A DNA stretch of 48,369 bases from Oscillospiraceae bacterium UBA6370. Its GTDB lineage: Bacteria > Bacillota > Clostridia > Oscillospirales > Oscillospiraceae. The position numbers and the translations under genes are program-made. The stretch lies in NCBI GenBank assembly GCA_002437735.1, contig DJRC01000081.1, positions 1 through 48,369 of the forward strand, in the 5' to 3' direction. Shown piece after piece: positions 15,933 to 26,196 of this stretch. How positions within the stretch are numbered: position 1 is the stretch's first letter; each line of letters starts with the position of its first letter. Under the pieces are notes generated by a model. The model did no database searches, was not told the origin of the DNA, and saw only the letters and a list, made by a program, of their open reading frames with translations.

Positions 15933-16928
15933 ATGAGCATTGAGATTTTGAGAGACCATATCGCCGGCGCCCTCTACGGCGTGGCCGTAGGCGACGCCAT
16001 GGGCGGCCCGGTAGAGTTTATGACGCGGGGCCAGATCGTCGCGAAATACGGCGGCCCCGTCGACCGCATGGTCGGCGGCGGCTGGCTCGGTCTTGTCCCC
16101 GGAGAGACCACAGACGACACCGCGATGACCCTGGCCGTTGCCGAGGGCATCATGGCGAACCCGGACGACCCGGCCCAGGAAATCGGCCGTCGCTTCATTT
16201 CCTGGGCCAATAGCCGCCCGAAGGACATCGGCGCGACCTGTGCAAGCTCCATCGCCATCGCCAAGAACTGCGCGGCGAAGGAACGCCGCACCATCCCCGA
16301 CTTCATCATGTGGACCTTTGCGGCCCACCTGACCGCAGAGCACAATGGAGACCGCAGCGGAGGGAACGGTGCCCTCATGCGCTGCATCTACCCGGCGCTC
16401 TACTACACGGACCGACTGCGGGCCGTCAGAGAGGCCGTCAACCAGGGCCGCATGACCCACAAAAGCGCGGACAGCGATGACGCTTGCCTATTCTACGCCG
16501 ATGTGGTACACTACCTCGTAAGACACGCCGCAGGGAGCGACGACGCAAAGGCCCTGCGGGAATCAGCGGCCGGCGGCCTCCTGGTGAGCCACATTTGCAA
16601 TATGGCCTCCGGGACCCCGTACAAAATTAAGGACCTCCCGGACACGCCGGAAGGACTGCGGCCGTCCGGCTACTGCGTAGACAGCCTGAAATGCGCCATG
16701 TACGCCTGGGCGCACACGACCAACTTCAAGGCCGCGCTCGTCACGGCCGTCAACCTTGGAGGGGACGCGGACACCATAGGAGCCATCTGCGGCGGCCTGT
16801 GCGGCGCTGTGTACGGTTACAACGACATCCCGGCCGAATGGATAGCCTACCTATCCGAGGCCGACAGAGAGCGCCTGAACGCGGCTGTCGCGGCCGCGGT
16901 GGAAAACTGGAAGGAGGCAAAAATCTGA
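15933..16928 (+). CDS. ADP-ribosylglycohydrolase (DraG/ARH family)
   Basis: GDAMG, TDDT, DIG, GNGALMR, TH and GGDADT motifs intact; SD AAGGAG. Confidence 0.93.
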   Translation: MSIEILRDHIAGALYGVAVGDAMGGPVEFMTRGQIVAKYGGPVDRMVGGGWLGLVPGETTDDTAMTLAVAEGIMANPDDPAQEIGRRFISWANSRPKDIGATCASSIAIAKNCAAKERRTIPDFIMWTFAAHLTAEHNGDRSGGNGALMRCIYPALYYTDRLRAVREAVNQGRMTHKSADSDDACLFYADVVHYLVRHAAGSDDAKALRESAAGGLLVSHICNMASGTPYKIKDLPDTPEGLRPSGYCVDSLKCAMYAWAHTTNFKAALVTAVNLGGDADTIGAICGGLCGAVYGYNDIPAEWIAYLSEADRERLNAAVAAAVENWKEAKI

Positions 16929-17242
16929 TGGCAGGACACGGAAGACCGATGAAGGGCAAAAGCCGGAGAATACCCCTGACCGTGAACGCCCCCCTCGCCC
17001 TGGTGGATGCCATCGACGAATACGTCGCCGAGCGCGACGCGATGGAGGACGGGTCCTATTCTCGCTCCGACTTCTACACCGAGGCCGCCATCGCCTTCCT
17101 TCAGGCCAAGGGCAAGAGCTACGCCGACGAAGAGGTCCACCTGCGACGTTGCAAAACCGTTGCAGAAAACGACGCGGAGAAAGAGGACGGAGAGAATAGA
17201 GAGAAACACCGCGAAGAAGGCGGCGAAAAAGAGCCGATGTGA
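16928..17242 (+). CDS. Ribbon-helix-helix (CopG/Arc-like) DNA-binding protein
   Basis: GRP..GKSRRIPLTVNAP..LVDAIDEYV...SRSDFYTEA; TGATG coupling to the ARH gene. Confidence 0.75.
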   Translation: MAGHGRPMKGKSRRIPLTVNAPLALVDAIDEYVAERDAMEDGSYSRSDFYTEAAIAFLQAKGKSYADEEVHLRRCKTVAENDAEKEDGENREKHREEGGEKEPM

Positions 17243-17312
17243 CGTGATGTGAAACATCGGTAAACGAGCTGGAGTGACCGCTCGCTCAGTTGATTTGTCG
17301 ATTTAACATTTC

Positions 17313-17340
17313 AAAGCCCCCGGCTGCGGTCGGGGGCTTT
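17313..17340 (+). terminator. Terminator at prophage right end
   Basis: aaagcccccggc-tgcg-gtcgggggcttt. Confidence 0.8.
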
Positions 17341-17380
17341 GCCTATATCCGTGTGATGATTTTATGATAATCGTATATAA

Positions 17381-17434
17381 TTTATCGTATTACGATAAAA
17401 ATATATTGACAAACGAAAAGTCATGCGATATACT
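17381..17434 (+). promoter_or_regulatory. Palindromic operator plus sigmaA promoter
   Basis: TTTATCGTA-T-TACGATAAA (17381-17399); TTGACA(17406)-17 nt-TATACT(17429). Confidence 0.8.
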
Positions 17435-17467
17435 CTCCTCATCAAGCATCTTGAGGAGGTCAGAAAA

Positions 17468-18028
17468 ATGAAGTGGAACCGTTGGATCGTCAAGGCAGCC
17501 AAGATCATCACAAAATTTACAGAGCTCGGCTATTGGATGACAGCCGCTCTCATGCTCACAGCCGGAATATACTCGTTTGTGGACCGCACATTTCTTGCGG
17601 ACGCTCTGGCCGGATCGATCCGTACCGGCCGTATGGATCTCAGTGTCCTCGGCTTTGAGTTCAGCGTTCCGACCGCGAACGGCATTGATATGCGGGCAAT
17701 GCTCCTGTTCTTTGCCGCAGCCGTTGTACTCCCTTCCCTCATGGCGATGATCTTCCGCAATCTCTACCTTATCATCAAAAGGTCGGAGGGCAACACGGTC
17801 TTTCAGTCGGATAATATCCGTATGCTCCGCGAGATCGGCATTTTCGCCATCTCCATTCCGCTCATTGGGCTTACGCTGAGCACCGTGTGCCGTCTGATCT
17901 TCGGCACCGATAGCGTCGAAACGAGCGTTCGGCTCTACGGCTTCTCCATGGGTCTTGTGATCCTCTGCCTGACGCAGTTCTTTGCGCGCGGCGTGGAGCT
18001 GGAACAAGATGTGGAAGGGCTTGTGTAA
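17468..18028 (+). CDS. DUF2975 membrane protein
   Basis: Four TM segments; F...NIRMLREIG and FARGVELEQDVEGLV; paired with an XRE gene. Confidence 0.85.
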   Translation: MKWNRWIVKAAKIITKFTELGYWMTAALMLTAGIYSFVDRTFLADALAGSIRTGRMDLSVLGFEFSVPTANGIDMRAMLLFFAAAVVLPSLMAMIFRNLYLIIKRSEGNTVFQSDNIRMLREIGIFAISIPLIGLTLSTVCRLIFGTDSVETSVRLYGFSMGLVILCLTQFFARGVELEQDVEGLV

Positions 18029-18247
18029 ATGGGAAAGATCATTCTGAGACTGGACCGCATGATGGTCGAGCGAAAAATGTCGCTGAACGAGCTGGCGGAG
18101 CACGTCGGCATCTCCAACGTGAACCTGTCCAAGATCAAGAACAATAAGGTGACGGCGATCCGCTTCTCCACGCTCGCTGCGATCTGCGAGGCGCTTAACT
18201 GCGATGCCGGCGATATTCTTGAATACCGGGAAGATGACAAAGCCTGA
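18029..18247 (+). CDS. XRE/Cro-C1 HTH regulator (YozG-like)
   Basis: LRLDRMM.ERKMSLNELAE.VGIS.VNLS.IK..K..AIRFSTL..ICEAL.C..GDILEY. Confidence 0.92.
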   Translation: MGKIILRLDRMMVERKMSLNELAEHVGISNVNLSKIKNNKVTAIRFSTLAAICEALNCDAGDILEYREDDKA

Positions 18248-18252
18248 ATGAG

Positions 18253-18283
18253 AAATCGGAAAGCCGACGGCTTTCCGATTTTC
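18253..18283 (+). terminator. Intrinsic terminator
   Basis: aaatcggaaagcc...ggctttccgatttt. Confidence 0.8.
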
Positions 18284-18287
18284 CCCC

Positions 18288-18342
18288 TTGACAATATCGA
18301 TATTCGATAGTATACTCTGCTCAAGAATATCGAATATCGATA
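18288..18342 (+). promoter_or_regulatory. SigmaA promoter with two TATCGA-N3-TCGATA operators (probable PadR sites)
   Basis: TTGACA(18288)-17 nt-TATACT(18311); tatcgatattcgata (18295-18309) and its exact reverse complement (18328-18342). Confidence 0.8.
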
Positions 18343-18357
18343 AAAGGAGGCGGCGCG

Positions 18358-18714
18358 ATGGCACGCGAAAAATTTCAGACACTCACCGAGCAGATGTTTT
18401 ACGTCCTCCTCTGTCTGCGCGAGGAATGCTGCGGCATGGACCTGATGGAGCGCATCCGCCTGCTCACGAGCGGCCGCGTGAGCGTCGGCCCCGGCACGCT
18501 CTACAATCTTTTAGAGCAGTTCGCCGCCGAGGGCTACATCATCGAGACCAAATGCGAGGGCCGCCGCCGCAGCTACGTTCTCACCGAAAAGGGCGAGGAG
18601 CGGCTGCACGGCGAGATGGACCGCCTGACGGCGCAGATGAACGATTACCAGCGACTTTTGAAGGGAGGCGACAAGCCATGCGAACTGACCGATGGAACAA
18701 GAAGCGAGAACTGA
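18358..18714 (+). CDS. PadR family transcriptional regulator
   Basis: LTEQMFYVLL.L...GRVSVGPGTLY...RRRSYVLTEKG. Confidence 0.92.
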   Translation: MAREKFQTLTEQMFYVLLCLREECCGMDLMERIRLLTSGRVSVGPGTLYNLLEQFAAEGYIIETKCEGRRRSYVLTEKGEERLHGEMDRLTAQMNDYQRLLKGGDKPCELTDGTRSEN

Positions 18715-20120
18715 ACCTCTACGCCTTCTACGACCACACGGGACTCGAGCGGCACCTAGAGAAAATGGCCGCCAACGGCTGGATGCTCGAATCCGTCGGC
18801 ACCTACGCCCTGCGCTACCGCCGCTGCGAGCCGAAAAGGTTCCGCTTCGCGGTGGTCTACTATCCCAAGTCCGACAGCTTTTGTCCCGACGAGCCAAACC
18901 ACGAGAACCTGACCTTCTGGGACTACTGCGCCGGCGCGGGCTGGCAGATCGTCACGCAGCGCGGCGACACGCACATTTTCTGCAACGAGGACCTTGACGC
19001 CGTGCCCATTGAGACCGAGGCCGTCGTGCAGGTCGAAACGATGGAGCGCGCCAAGAAGGGCTATGTGCGCAGCAACACGATCACGGTCGCCTGTATGCTG
19101 CCGACGATGCTCTATCTTTGGGTGTCGCAGCTCAGGCGCGATCCGGTCGCCTTCCTCGCGGACGGCTACGACCTCACCATGATGCTGATGGTCCTCGTCA
19201 TGATCCTCCTCTTCGGCGTCGAGCTGCTCGGCTACCGGCTCTGGCTGCGCAGGGCGAAGCGCAACGCCCGCGAGCTGGGCATCTTCACGCCCACCCACTC
19301 GAGCCGCTGGCTGAGCTTCCTGCGCTCGATCTGGATCTTTGTTTTCTGGGCGCTCATGGTCATCCCCCTGCTTTTCCGCAGCGCCGGCCTGTGCATCGTT
19401 CTCGTCTCCACCGGCGCTGTACTCGTCCCCATCGGCGGAGCAGTGCTCGTCGGCAAGCAGGTACGGAAAAGGAACGTACCGCCGAAAAAACGCAGGCTCA
19501 TCTTAGCGTTTACGGTTCTCTGCTCCGCCTTGGTATCCGTCATGCTGATGATCGGCGTCATGACCTACGGTATGTCAAGCGGCTGGTTTGACGACGTGCC
19601 GAAAAACGCGGAGGAATACACCTACTCCTACACCGTCGGCGGCAGCCCGCAGGTCGGCTACCTCTACCATGACACGCTCCCGCTCTATGTGCAGGACCTG
19701 ACCGACACCGATTACGACCGCTATTCCTGCGAGGCCCTCGAGCGCGGAAGCTCCGTCTTCGTCCGGCAGGTCGAATACCGTCAGGAGCTTCCCTACGACG
19801 TGCGCTGGACCGAAAAACATGACCCGCCGCTGCCGGAGCTGTCCTACACCGTCATCGACGTGAAGCTTTCCCCGCTCTTTGACTTCTGTCTCCAAAGCAC
19901 GCTGCGCGCAGAAGAGCGCTATGGCAGCGAATACCGCGAGACCGATCCCGCGCCGTGGGGCGTTGACCGAGTCTGGCAGCTCTGGGAGGTTGGAAATAAC
20001 GCACCCCTCAACACCTGGCTGCTCGTCTGCGGCAGCCGCATTGTGGAGTTCAAGCCACGCGACTTTTCACCCGATGCCGCGCAAATGGCTGTGATCGGTG
20101 AAAAGCTCGGCAAAGGATGA
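18678..20120 (+). CDS. DUF2812 domain membrane protein
   Basis: YDHTGLERHLEKMAANGWML...AGW; TM segments; typical PadR partner; SD GGAGG before ATG 18678. Confidence 0.85.
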   Translation: MRTDRWNKKRELNLYAFYDHTGLERHLEKMAANGWMLESVGTYALRYRRCEPKRFRFAVVYYPKSDSFCPDEPNHENLTFWDYCAGAGWQIVTQRGDTHIFCNEDLDAVPIETEAVVQVETMERAKKGYVRSNTITVACMLPTMLYLWVSQLRRDPVAFLADGYDLTMMLMVLVMILLFGVELLGYRLWLRRAKRNARELGIFTPTHSSRWLSFLRSIWIFVFWALMVIPLLFRSAGLCIVLVSTGAVLVPIGGAVLVGKQVRKRNVPPKKRRLILAFTVLCSALVSVMLMIGVMTYGMSSGWFDDVPKNAEEYTYSYTVGGSPQVGYLYHDTLPLYVQDLTDTDYDRYSCEALERGSSVFVRQVEYRQELPYDVRWTEKHDPPLPELSYTVIDVKLSPLFDFCLQSTLRAEERYGSEYRETDPAPWGVDRVWQLWEVGNNAPLNTWLLVCGSRIVEFKPRDFSPDAAQMAVIGEKLGKG

Positions 20121-20121
20121 A

Positions 20122-20153
20122 AAAGCTGAGGCGGCATGAGCCGCCTCAGCTTT
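20122..20153. terminator. Bidirectional terminator
   Basis: aaagctgaggcggc-atga-gccgcctcagcttt between convergent genes. Confidence 0.85.
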
Positions 20154-20156
20154 CAT

Positions 20157-20828
20157 TTACCTATTCGGCTCCATGTCGCCGGAGAGTGTGTCAAGGTATT
20201 GGTAGTACGGCATCAGGAAGCGGAAGCCGTCGAGCACCTCGTCCTTGAGCCGCGGCGTGAAGAGCACGCCCTCGGGGTTATCGTCATAGCCGATGGCAAT
20301 GTTTTTGCGGTTGTACCACAGGTTCAGCAGCCTGCCCGCATCGCCCTTCGGCCGCTTGAATTCCTCGCCGGAGAGCACAAATTTTGATTTGTTCAGCCGC
20401 CGCGCCAGCCTTTCAAGCGGCTTAGGATCGTTCTCGATCCGCGCGCGGAGCTTTGCCATCGTCGCCGCCCCCGCGTCCCAATAGCCGCAGCCGTAGCTGA
20501 AATAGTTCGGCGCAAGCTCAAAATAGAGCGCGGGCACGCTCTCAAAGCGCTCGTGCGGCCGCTCGATGGTGAACCACAGATGCTCCTTGTACGGCCCGCG
20601 TCCGTGCAGCCGCCGCGCGTCGCGGTAGATGCGGCAGACGTGCAGCCGCCAGTCCTGCCTGGGATAGTCCTCCGCCAGCGCGGAAAAGACCTCCTTCCCC
20701 AGTTCACGCATGGGAACGTCCACATAGTCCGTAAACTCCTGCTTGTGCGCCAGGAACCAGCCCCGCTCGTTATTCAGGCTGATGCCCCAGAGGAAGTCGA
20801 TGGCGTTTTGCGAAAAGCCCTGAAACAT
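20157..20828 (-). CDS. DUF2461 family protein
   Basis: F.GF....DFL.....NN.R.WF..HK and RIYRD.R....PYK motifs. Confidence 0.88.
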   Translation of the reverse strand: MFQGFSQNAIDFLWGISLNNERGWFLAHKQEFTDYVDVPMRELGKEVFSALAEDYPRQDWRLHVCRIYRDARRLHGRGPYKEHLWFTIERPHERFESVPALYFELAPNYFSYGCGYWDAGAATMAKLRARIENDPKPLERLARRLNKSKFVLSGEEFKRPKGDAGRLLNLWYNRKNIAIGYDDNPEGVLFTPRLKDEVLDGFRFLMPYYQYLDTLSGDMEPNR

Positions 20829-20992
20829 AGAAATGACCTCTTTGCTTTTGTTTTCGTCAGTTTATCAGCTTTTCCGCGCCGCGTAAAGTGACAAATGCAA
20901 CCACAAAAGAAAAAACGCAGCCTAAGCTGCGCTTTCTCTTTCTACAACGAACGAGAGGAGGAAACTCTCAGAAGTTGGCTTATTGTCCGCTC

Positions 20993-22162
<1,170 letters not shown>

Positions 22163-22271
22163 CTACTTATTACCTCACATTGCGCTCATCGCGCTGCGGT
22201 ACTTTTTTCCACACGAAAATCGCGCCGTCCTGCAAAGGATATGAACAGCTTTCCCAAAGGAGGCGCACTTT

Positions 22272-23099
22272 ATGATGCCGCTTGACGAAAAAGACCTTCA
22301 GCTTCTGACCGAGGTCCTGCCGAACGTTTCGGCCCAGCTCCGCTCCTCGATGGCGAACGTGTTTGCCGCGGCGAACCGTCTCGCGCCGGCGGAAGCGCGC
22401 GAGGCCGACCCCGTGCTGGACAAAAATGCAGCCATCCTCACGATGAGCTGCCATCAAATGCTGCGTCTGGTCGGCAATCTCTCCGCCGTGAGCGAGCTGG
22501 TGCAGGGCGGACGCTTCCGGCTGTGCAACGACGATATCGTCGGCTTCTGCCACGCGCTCTGCGAGCGCGCGGAGCCTCTTTTCGCGCTGCGCGGCGTCAC
22601 GCTGCGCTTTTCCGCCAGCCACGAGAGCCACATCATCGCGTTCAACGCTCCCATGCTCGAGCGCGCGCTTTTGAACCTGCTCTCCAATGCGCTGAAATTC
22701 ACGCCGGAGGGCGGCACGGTCAACGTGCGCGTCAAATGCGGCGAGCGTCATGTGCAGCTCACCGTGGCCGACACGGGCTGCGGCATCGAGCCGGAGCGCC
22801 TTGCCCACATCTTCGAGCGCTATCTGGATACGGACCGCCTTGATCCTGCGCCGCCGCACGGTCTCGGCGTCGGGCTGGCCCTCTGCCGCCGCATCGCGCA
22901 GGGCCACGGCGGGATGCTCGTGGCGGAATCCGCCGTCGGCAAGGGCTCGGCCTTCACGCTCTCGCTGCCCAACGCCCGCTCGACCGAGCTGTCGCTGTCC
23001 GACCGCCGCTTTGATTACGCCGGCGGCTTCGACCATGTTCTCATGGAGCTGAGCGACGCGCTGCCGAGCCGCGCATTTCTGCAAAAATACCTGGATTGA
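22272..23099 (+). CDS. Cytoplasmic histidine-kinase-like ATPase with degenerate H-box
   Basis: N box NLLSNALKFT, G1 DTGCGI, G2 GLGVGL; the H-box region reads NVSAQLRSSM. Confidence 0.85.
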   Translation: MMPLDEKDLQLLTEVLPNVSAQLRSSMANVFAAANRLAPAEAREADPVLDKNAAILTMSCHQMLRLVGNLSAVSELVQGGRFRLCNDDIVGFCHALCERAEPLFALRGVTLRFSASHESHIIAFNAPMLERALLNLLSNALKFTPEGGTVNVRVKCGERHVQLTVADTGCGIEPERLAHIFERYLDTDRLDPAPPHGLGVGLALCRRIAQGHGGMLVAESAVGKGSAFTLSLPNARSTELSLSDRRFDYAGGFDHVLMELSDALPSRAFLQKYLD

Positions 23100-23111
23100 G
23101 GAAATTTCTCT

Positions 23112-24179
23112 ATGGCAAAGAAGGTTTTAGTCGGTATGTCGGGCGGCGTGGACAGCGCCGCCTGCGTTCTCCTGCTCCAGAAGCAGGGCTATGATGTCAG
23201 CGGTATCACGCTGCGGCTGCACCATTATAAGGATCGTCCCGGCACCTGCGGCAGCGCCGACGACATCGAGGAGGCTGCGCGCGTCGCCGCGCAGATGGGC
23301 ATTTCCCATCGGGTGCTCGACCTGTGCGACCTTTTCCGCCGCGAGGTCATGGGCCACTTCGTCTCGGAATACTGCGCGGGCCGCACCCCGAACCCCTGTC
23401 TGGACTGCAACCGTGAGCTGAAGTTCGGCGCGATGCTCGACTGGGCGCTCGACCACGGCTTCGACTCCGTTTCCACCGGGCACTACGCCCGCGTCGGCTT
23501 CGACGCGGCATCGGACCGACACCTGCTCCTGCGCGGCGTGGACACACATAAGGACCAGAGCTATGTGCTCTACCAGATGACACAGCGGCAGCTCGCGCAT
23601 CTGCTGCTTCCCGTCGGCGAATACAGCAAGCCGGAGATCCGCACCCTCGCCGCGGACTTTGGTCTTGAAAACGCGCAGAAGCCCGACTCGCAGGATATCT
23701 GCTTCGTCCCCGACGGGGACTATGTGCGCTTCCTGCGCGAGTTCGGCGGCGTCACGCCCGAGCCGGGCGACTTCGTCGATACGAGCGGCCGCGTCCTCGG
23801 CCGTCACCGCGGGCTGGTCGCCTACACCACCGGCCAGCGCAAGGGCCTCGGCGTGAGCGCCGACCGCCCGCTCTACGTCCTCTCCAAAAGCGCCGCAGAC
23901 AACACCGTGCTCCTCGGCGACAATGCGGAGCTGTTTTCCTCCGCCCTGCTCGCCTCGCGCGTGAACTGGATCGTCACGCCGCCCGCAGAGCCGCTGCGCG
24001 TCACCGCCAAAACGCGCTATTCCCAGCGTGAAAGCGCCGCGACCGTCACGCCGCTGGACGGCGGCGCGGTTCGCGTGGACTTCGACGAGCCGCAGCGCGC
24101 CATCACCGCGGGGCAGGCCGTGGTCTTTTACTGCGGCGACACCGTCGCCGGCGGCGCGACCATCGACAAGGCTCTATAA
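23112..24179 (+). CDS. mnmA: tRNA 2-thiouridine(34) synthase
   Basis: SGGVDS, TPNPC..CN, TGHYAR, KDQSY, SQDICF, YTTGQRKG, GQAVVFY. Confidence 0.97.
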   Translation: MAKKVLVGMSGGVDSAACVLLLQKQGYDVSGITLRLHHYKDRPGTCGSADDIEEAARVAAQMGISHRVLDLCDLFRREVMGHFVSEYCAGRTPNPCLDCNRELKFGAMLDWALDHGFDSVSTGHYARVGFDAASDRHLLLRGVDTHKDQSYVLYQMTQRQLAHLLLPVGEYSKPEIRTLAADFGLENAQKPDSQDICFVPDGDYVRFLREFGGVTPEPGDFVDTSGRVLGRHRGLVAYTTGQRKGLGVSADRPLYVLSKSAADNTVLLGDNAELFSSALLASRVNWIVTPPAEPLRVTAKTRYSQRESAATVTPLDGGAVRVDFDEPQRAITAGQAVVFYCGDTVAGGATIDKAL

Positions 24180-24491
24180 AAACGAAAAACGCTCCGCCTG
24201 CGTTCCTTCCCTGAAACGCGCGGAGCTTTTTCTCACTTACCGTTCGCTGACGAACCAGTCGTCCACAAAGATCATATCGTCCACGTCGCCGCGGACGCCC
24301 TGCCACTCTCTCATGCTCTCGCCTCCCCGTGCCATACCATGCAGTATATGCGCGCGGCGGCGAAAGGTTGCACGAAAAAAGGCATTTGGGCAAAAGGAAA
24401 CCATTGGTTGACAAAACGAAACACCCGGTTGGTGGCGCAAAACGGCTGTTTTTGCTAAGCTAGTGCCATCAAAGCAAAGGAGAAAGCGCCC

Positions 24492-25775
24492 ATGAAGCTA
24501 TGTGAAAAACTCTATGAGCTCCGCCGCGCGGCGGGCCTCTCGCAGGAGGAGTTGGCCGAAAAGCTGAGCGTCTCCCGTCAGGCCGTCTCCAAGTGGGAGA
24601 ACGGCGCCGCCCAGCCCGAGCTGAGCAAGCTCGTGGAGCTCAGCCGTCTCTACGGCGTGAGCGTCGACGAGCTTTTGAGCCTTGAGGAGGCGGAAAAGAG
24701 CGAAGCGAGGGCCGCCGCAGCCGACGCGCCCACACCCGCTCCCGCGCAGGAGCCCCTTACCGCGCCGAAGAAGGTGCGCCGGCAAAGGCTCCTCCTCGGC
24801 GCGGCGGCGGTCTGCCTCGTCCTCGCCGTCGGCACGGCAATTCACAGCAGCCGCCGCGTCAAGCAGCTCGAGCGGCAGGTCAGCTCCCTGCAATCGCAGA
24901 TCCTGAGCGTGCAGTCCAATCTTTCCTCGCAGATCGCGGGCATCAGTAGCTCCGTGCGCGATGCGATGGAGGAGAGCGCCACGCTGACCGCGCAGTTCGA
25001 TTACACGGTCAAGCACTTCGACCTGGACGCCTACACCTGCACCGTCGCCTTCGCCCTCCAACCCAAGACGGTGCAGGACGACCTTGCCGTCTCCCTCCGT
25101 CTCCACTCCCTGGCCTCCGACGACGGAACGACCGCCGTCGAGCTGGTCCGCGACGAGTACGACGTCTACCGCGGCGAAGCCGTTCTCTCAATGAACGACA
25201 CCGGCTTTGAAGCCACCGCCGCCTACGATACCGGCGGCGAGCGTCAGCTCGAGACGATCCGCGATCTGCCCGGCTTTGCCGACGAGGCGCTGCCGAAGCT
25301 CTATGAGGACTTCTCCTTCGGCTACGGCCTCACCTACTCCTATTCCGACTCCATCCGCTGCAGCGTCAAGGACTGGGAGGATCCCGAGGACCACCGCACC
25401 GCGAACCTCTACCTCGGCGCTTACGACGCCGCCCTCCGGTCCGCGTGGCTCGACTATCGGGTGAACGGAAGGAGCGCCGCGCAAAGCGCGCTCAAATTTA
25501 TGGAGGCCGACGGCGACAAGCGCTCCGCCGTACAGTGGTGGATCGGCGACATTCCCGACGAGAGCACCGCCGGCGTCTACAGCATCTACGGCGCGGAGGT
25601 TGTGGAATTTGACCTACCCTACGGCGCGGAGCTGCAGGTCGTATTCCATGCGGAGCTGACCGACGGCACACGTCTCTCGGCGATGACCACGCGCGAAACG
25701 ATGCCCTCCGCCAACAATCGCTCCGACGGCGTGAGCGAGACCACCGCCATGCCCATTGTCCTCACGAAAGACTGA
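24492..25775 (+). CDS. XRE HTH regulator with TM helix and extracellular domain
   Basis: LSQEELAEKL.VSRQAVSKWENG; one hydrophobic helix followed by a coiled coil. Confidence 0.88.
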   Translation: MKLCEKLYELRRAAGLSQEELAEKLSVSRQAVSKWENGAAQPELSKLVELSRLYGVSVDELLSLEEAEKSEARAAAADAPTPAPAQEPLTAPKKVRRQRLLLGAAAVCLVLAVGTAIHSSRRVKQLERQVSSLQSQILSVQSNLSSQIAGISSSVRDAMEESATLTAQFDYTVKHFDLDAYTCTVAFALQPKTVQDDLAVSLRLHSLASDDGTTAVELVRDEYDVYRGEAVLSMNDTGFEATAAYDTGGERQLETIRDLPGFADEALPKLYEDFSFGYGLTYSYSDSIRCSVKDWEDPEDHRTANLYLGAYDAALRSAWLDYRVNGRSAAQSALKFMEADGDKRSAVQWWIGDIPDESTAGVYSIYGAEVVEFDLPYGAELQVVFHAELTDGTRLSAMTTRETMPSANNRSDGVSETTAMPIVLTKD

Positions 25776-25784
25776 TCCGTTCAG

Positions 25785-25815
25785 GGAACGCCGCCCGCCG
25801 GGCGGCGTTCCTTTT
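25785..25815 (+). terminator. Intrinsic terminator
   Basis: ggaacgccgccc-gcc-gggcggcgttcc-tttt. Confidence 0.8.
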
Positions 25816-25990
25816 GCGCTGCTCGCGGCGCTCCGCCAAAACAGCCAAGGATCGCGCCGCAGCCGTTCGAAAATTTGACGGAAAAGGAGCTTGCAAAGCC
25901 CTCCCGTTGTGCTATGATGAGGCCGAAACAAAGCGCGCCTGCAAATCCGACACCAGCACGAGGTGCTGACACAGCAGCTTGCCGGGCTGC

Positions 25991-26100
25991 AGCACATCGT
26001 TGGGAGCGGCGTGGGAGCAGCGTATGTATTCTTTCTGAAAAATCGATGAGTGACGCCGTGCTGCGCTCTCTGAACGGCTTTGCCGTGGGCGCGATGGTCC
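25991..26100 (+). pseudogene. Remnant of ZIP-family metal transporter N-terminus
   Basis: Joining frames gives STSLGAA-YVFFLK-KSMSDAVLRSLNGFAVGAMV; it is broken by an 11-bp near-duplication (26001-26022) and a frameshift. Confidence 0.5.
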
Positions 26101-26196
26101 TGCTTTTCAGCCTGCGCCTTACCCGGCTGCTGCTTCTGTTGAACAGCGTGCCCTCTGAGCGAGCAAGGGGGATATTAACGCAAGGAAGCGGGCCTG

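Larger units (their letters stand above)
1..17340 (+). mobile_element. Prophage right arm (contractile-tail, PBSX/xkd-like baseplate; tail, DGR, lysis, accessory operon)
   Basis: Unbroken run of co-oriented, tightly packed + strand genes: baseplate J, fibres, XkdX-like, CHAP-LysM endolysin, holin, small phage-type ORFs. It ends at a terminator (17313-17340), after which host-type genes begin. Integrase and left end are outside the window; the exact attR cannot be determined. Confidence 0.92.

Noticed and set aside
18288..18677. N-terminal extension of the DUF2812 ORF (610 aa)
   Set aside because: It overlaps the PadR gene and promoter; the supported start is ATG 18678.
24237..24440. Small minus-strand ORF between mnmA and the XRE gene
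   Set aside because: At most ~25 plausible codons after an SD-like GGAGG; no recognisable similarity, so it cannot be supported.
25920..26190. 6S RNA or riboswitch
   Set aside because: No recognisable consensus; the central part is better explained as decayed ZIP coding sequence.
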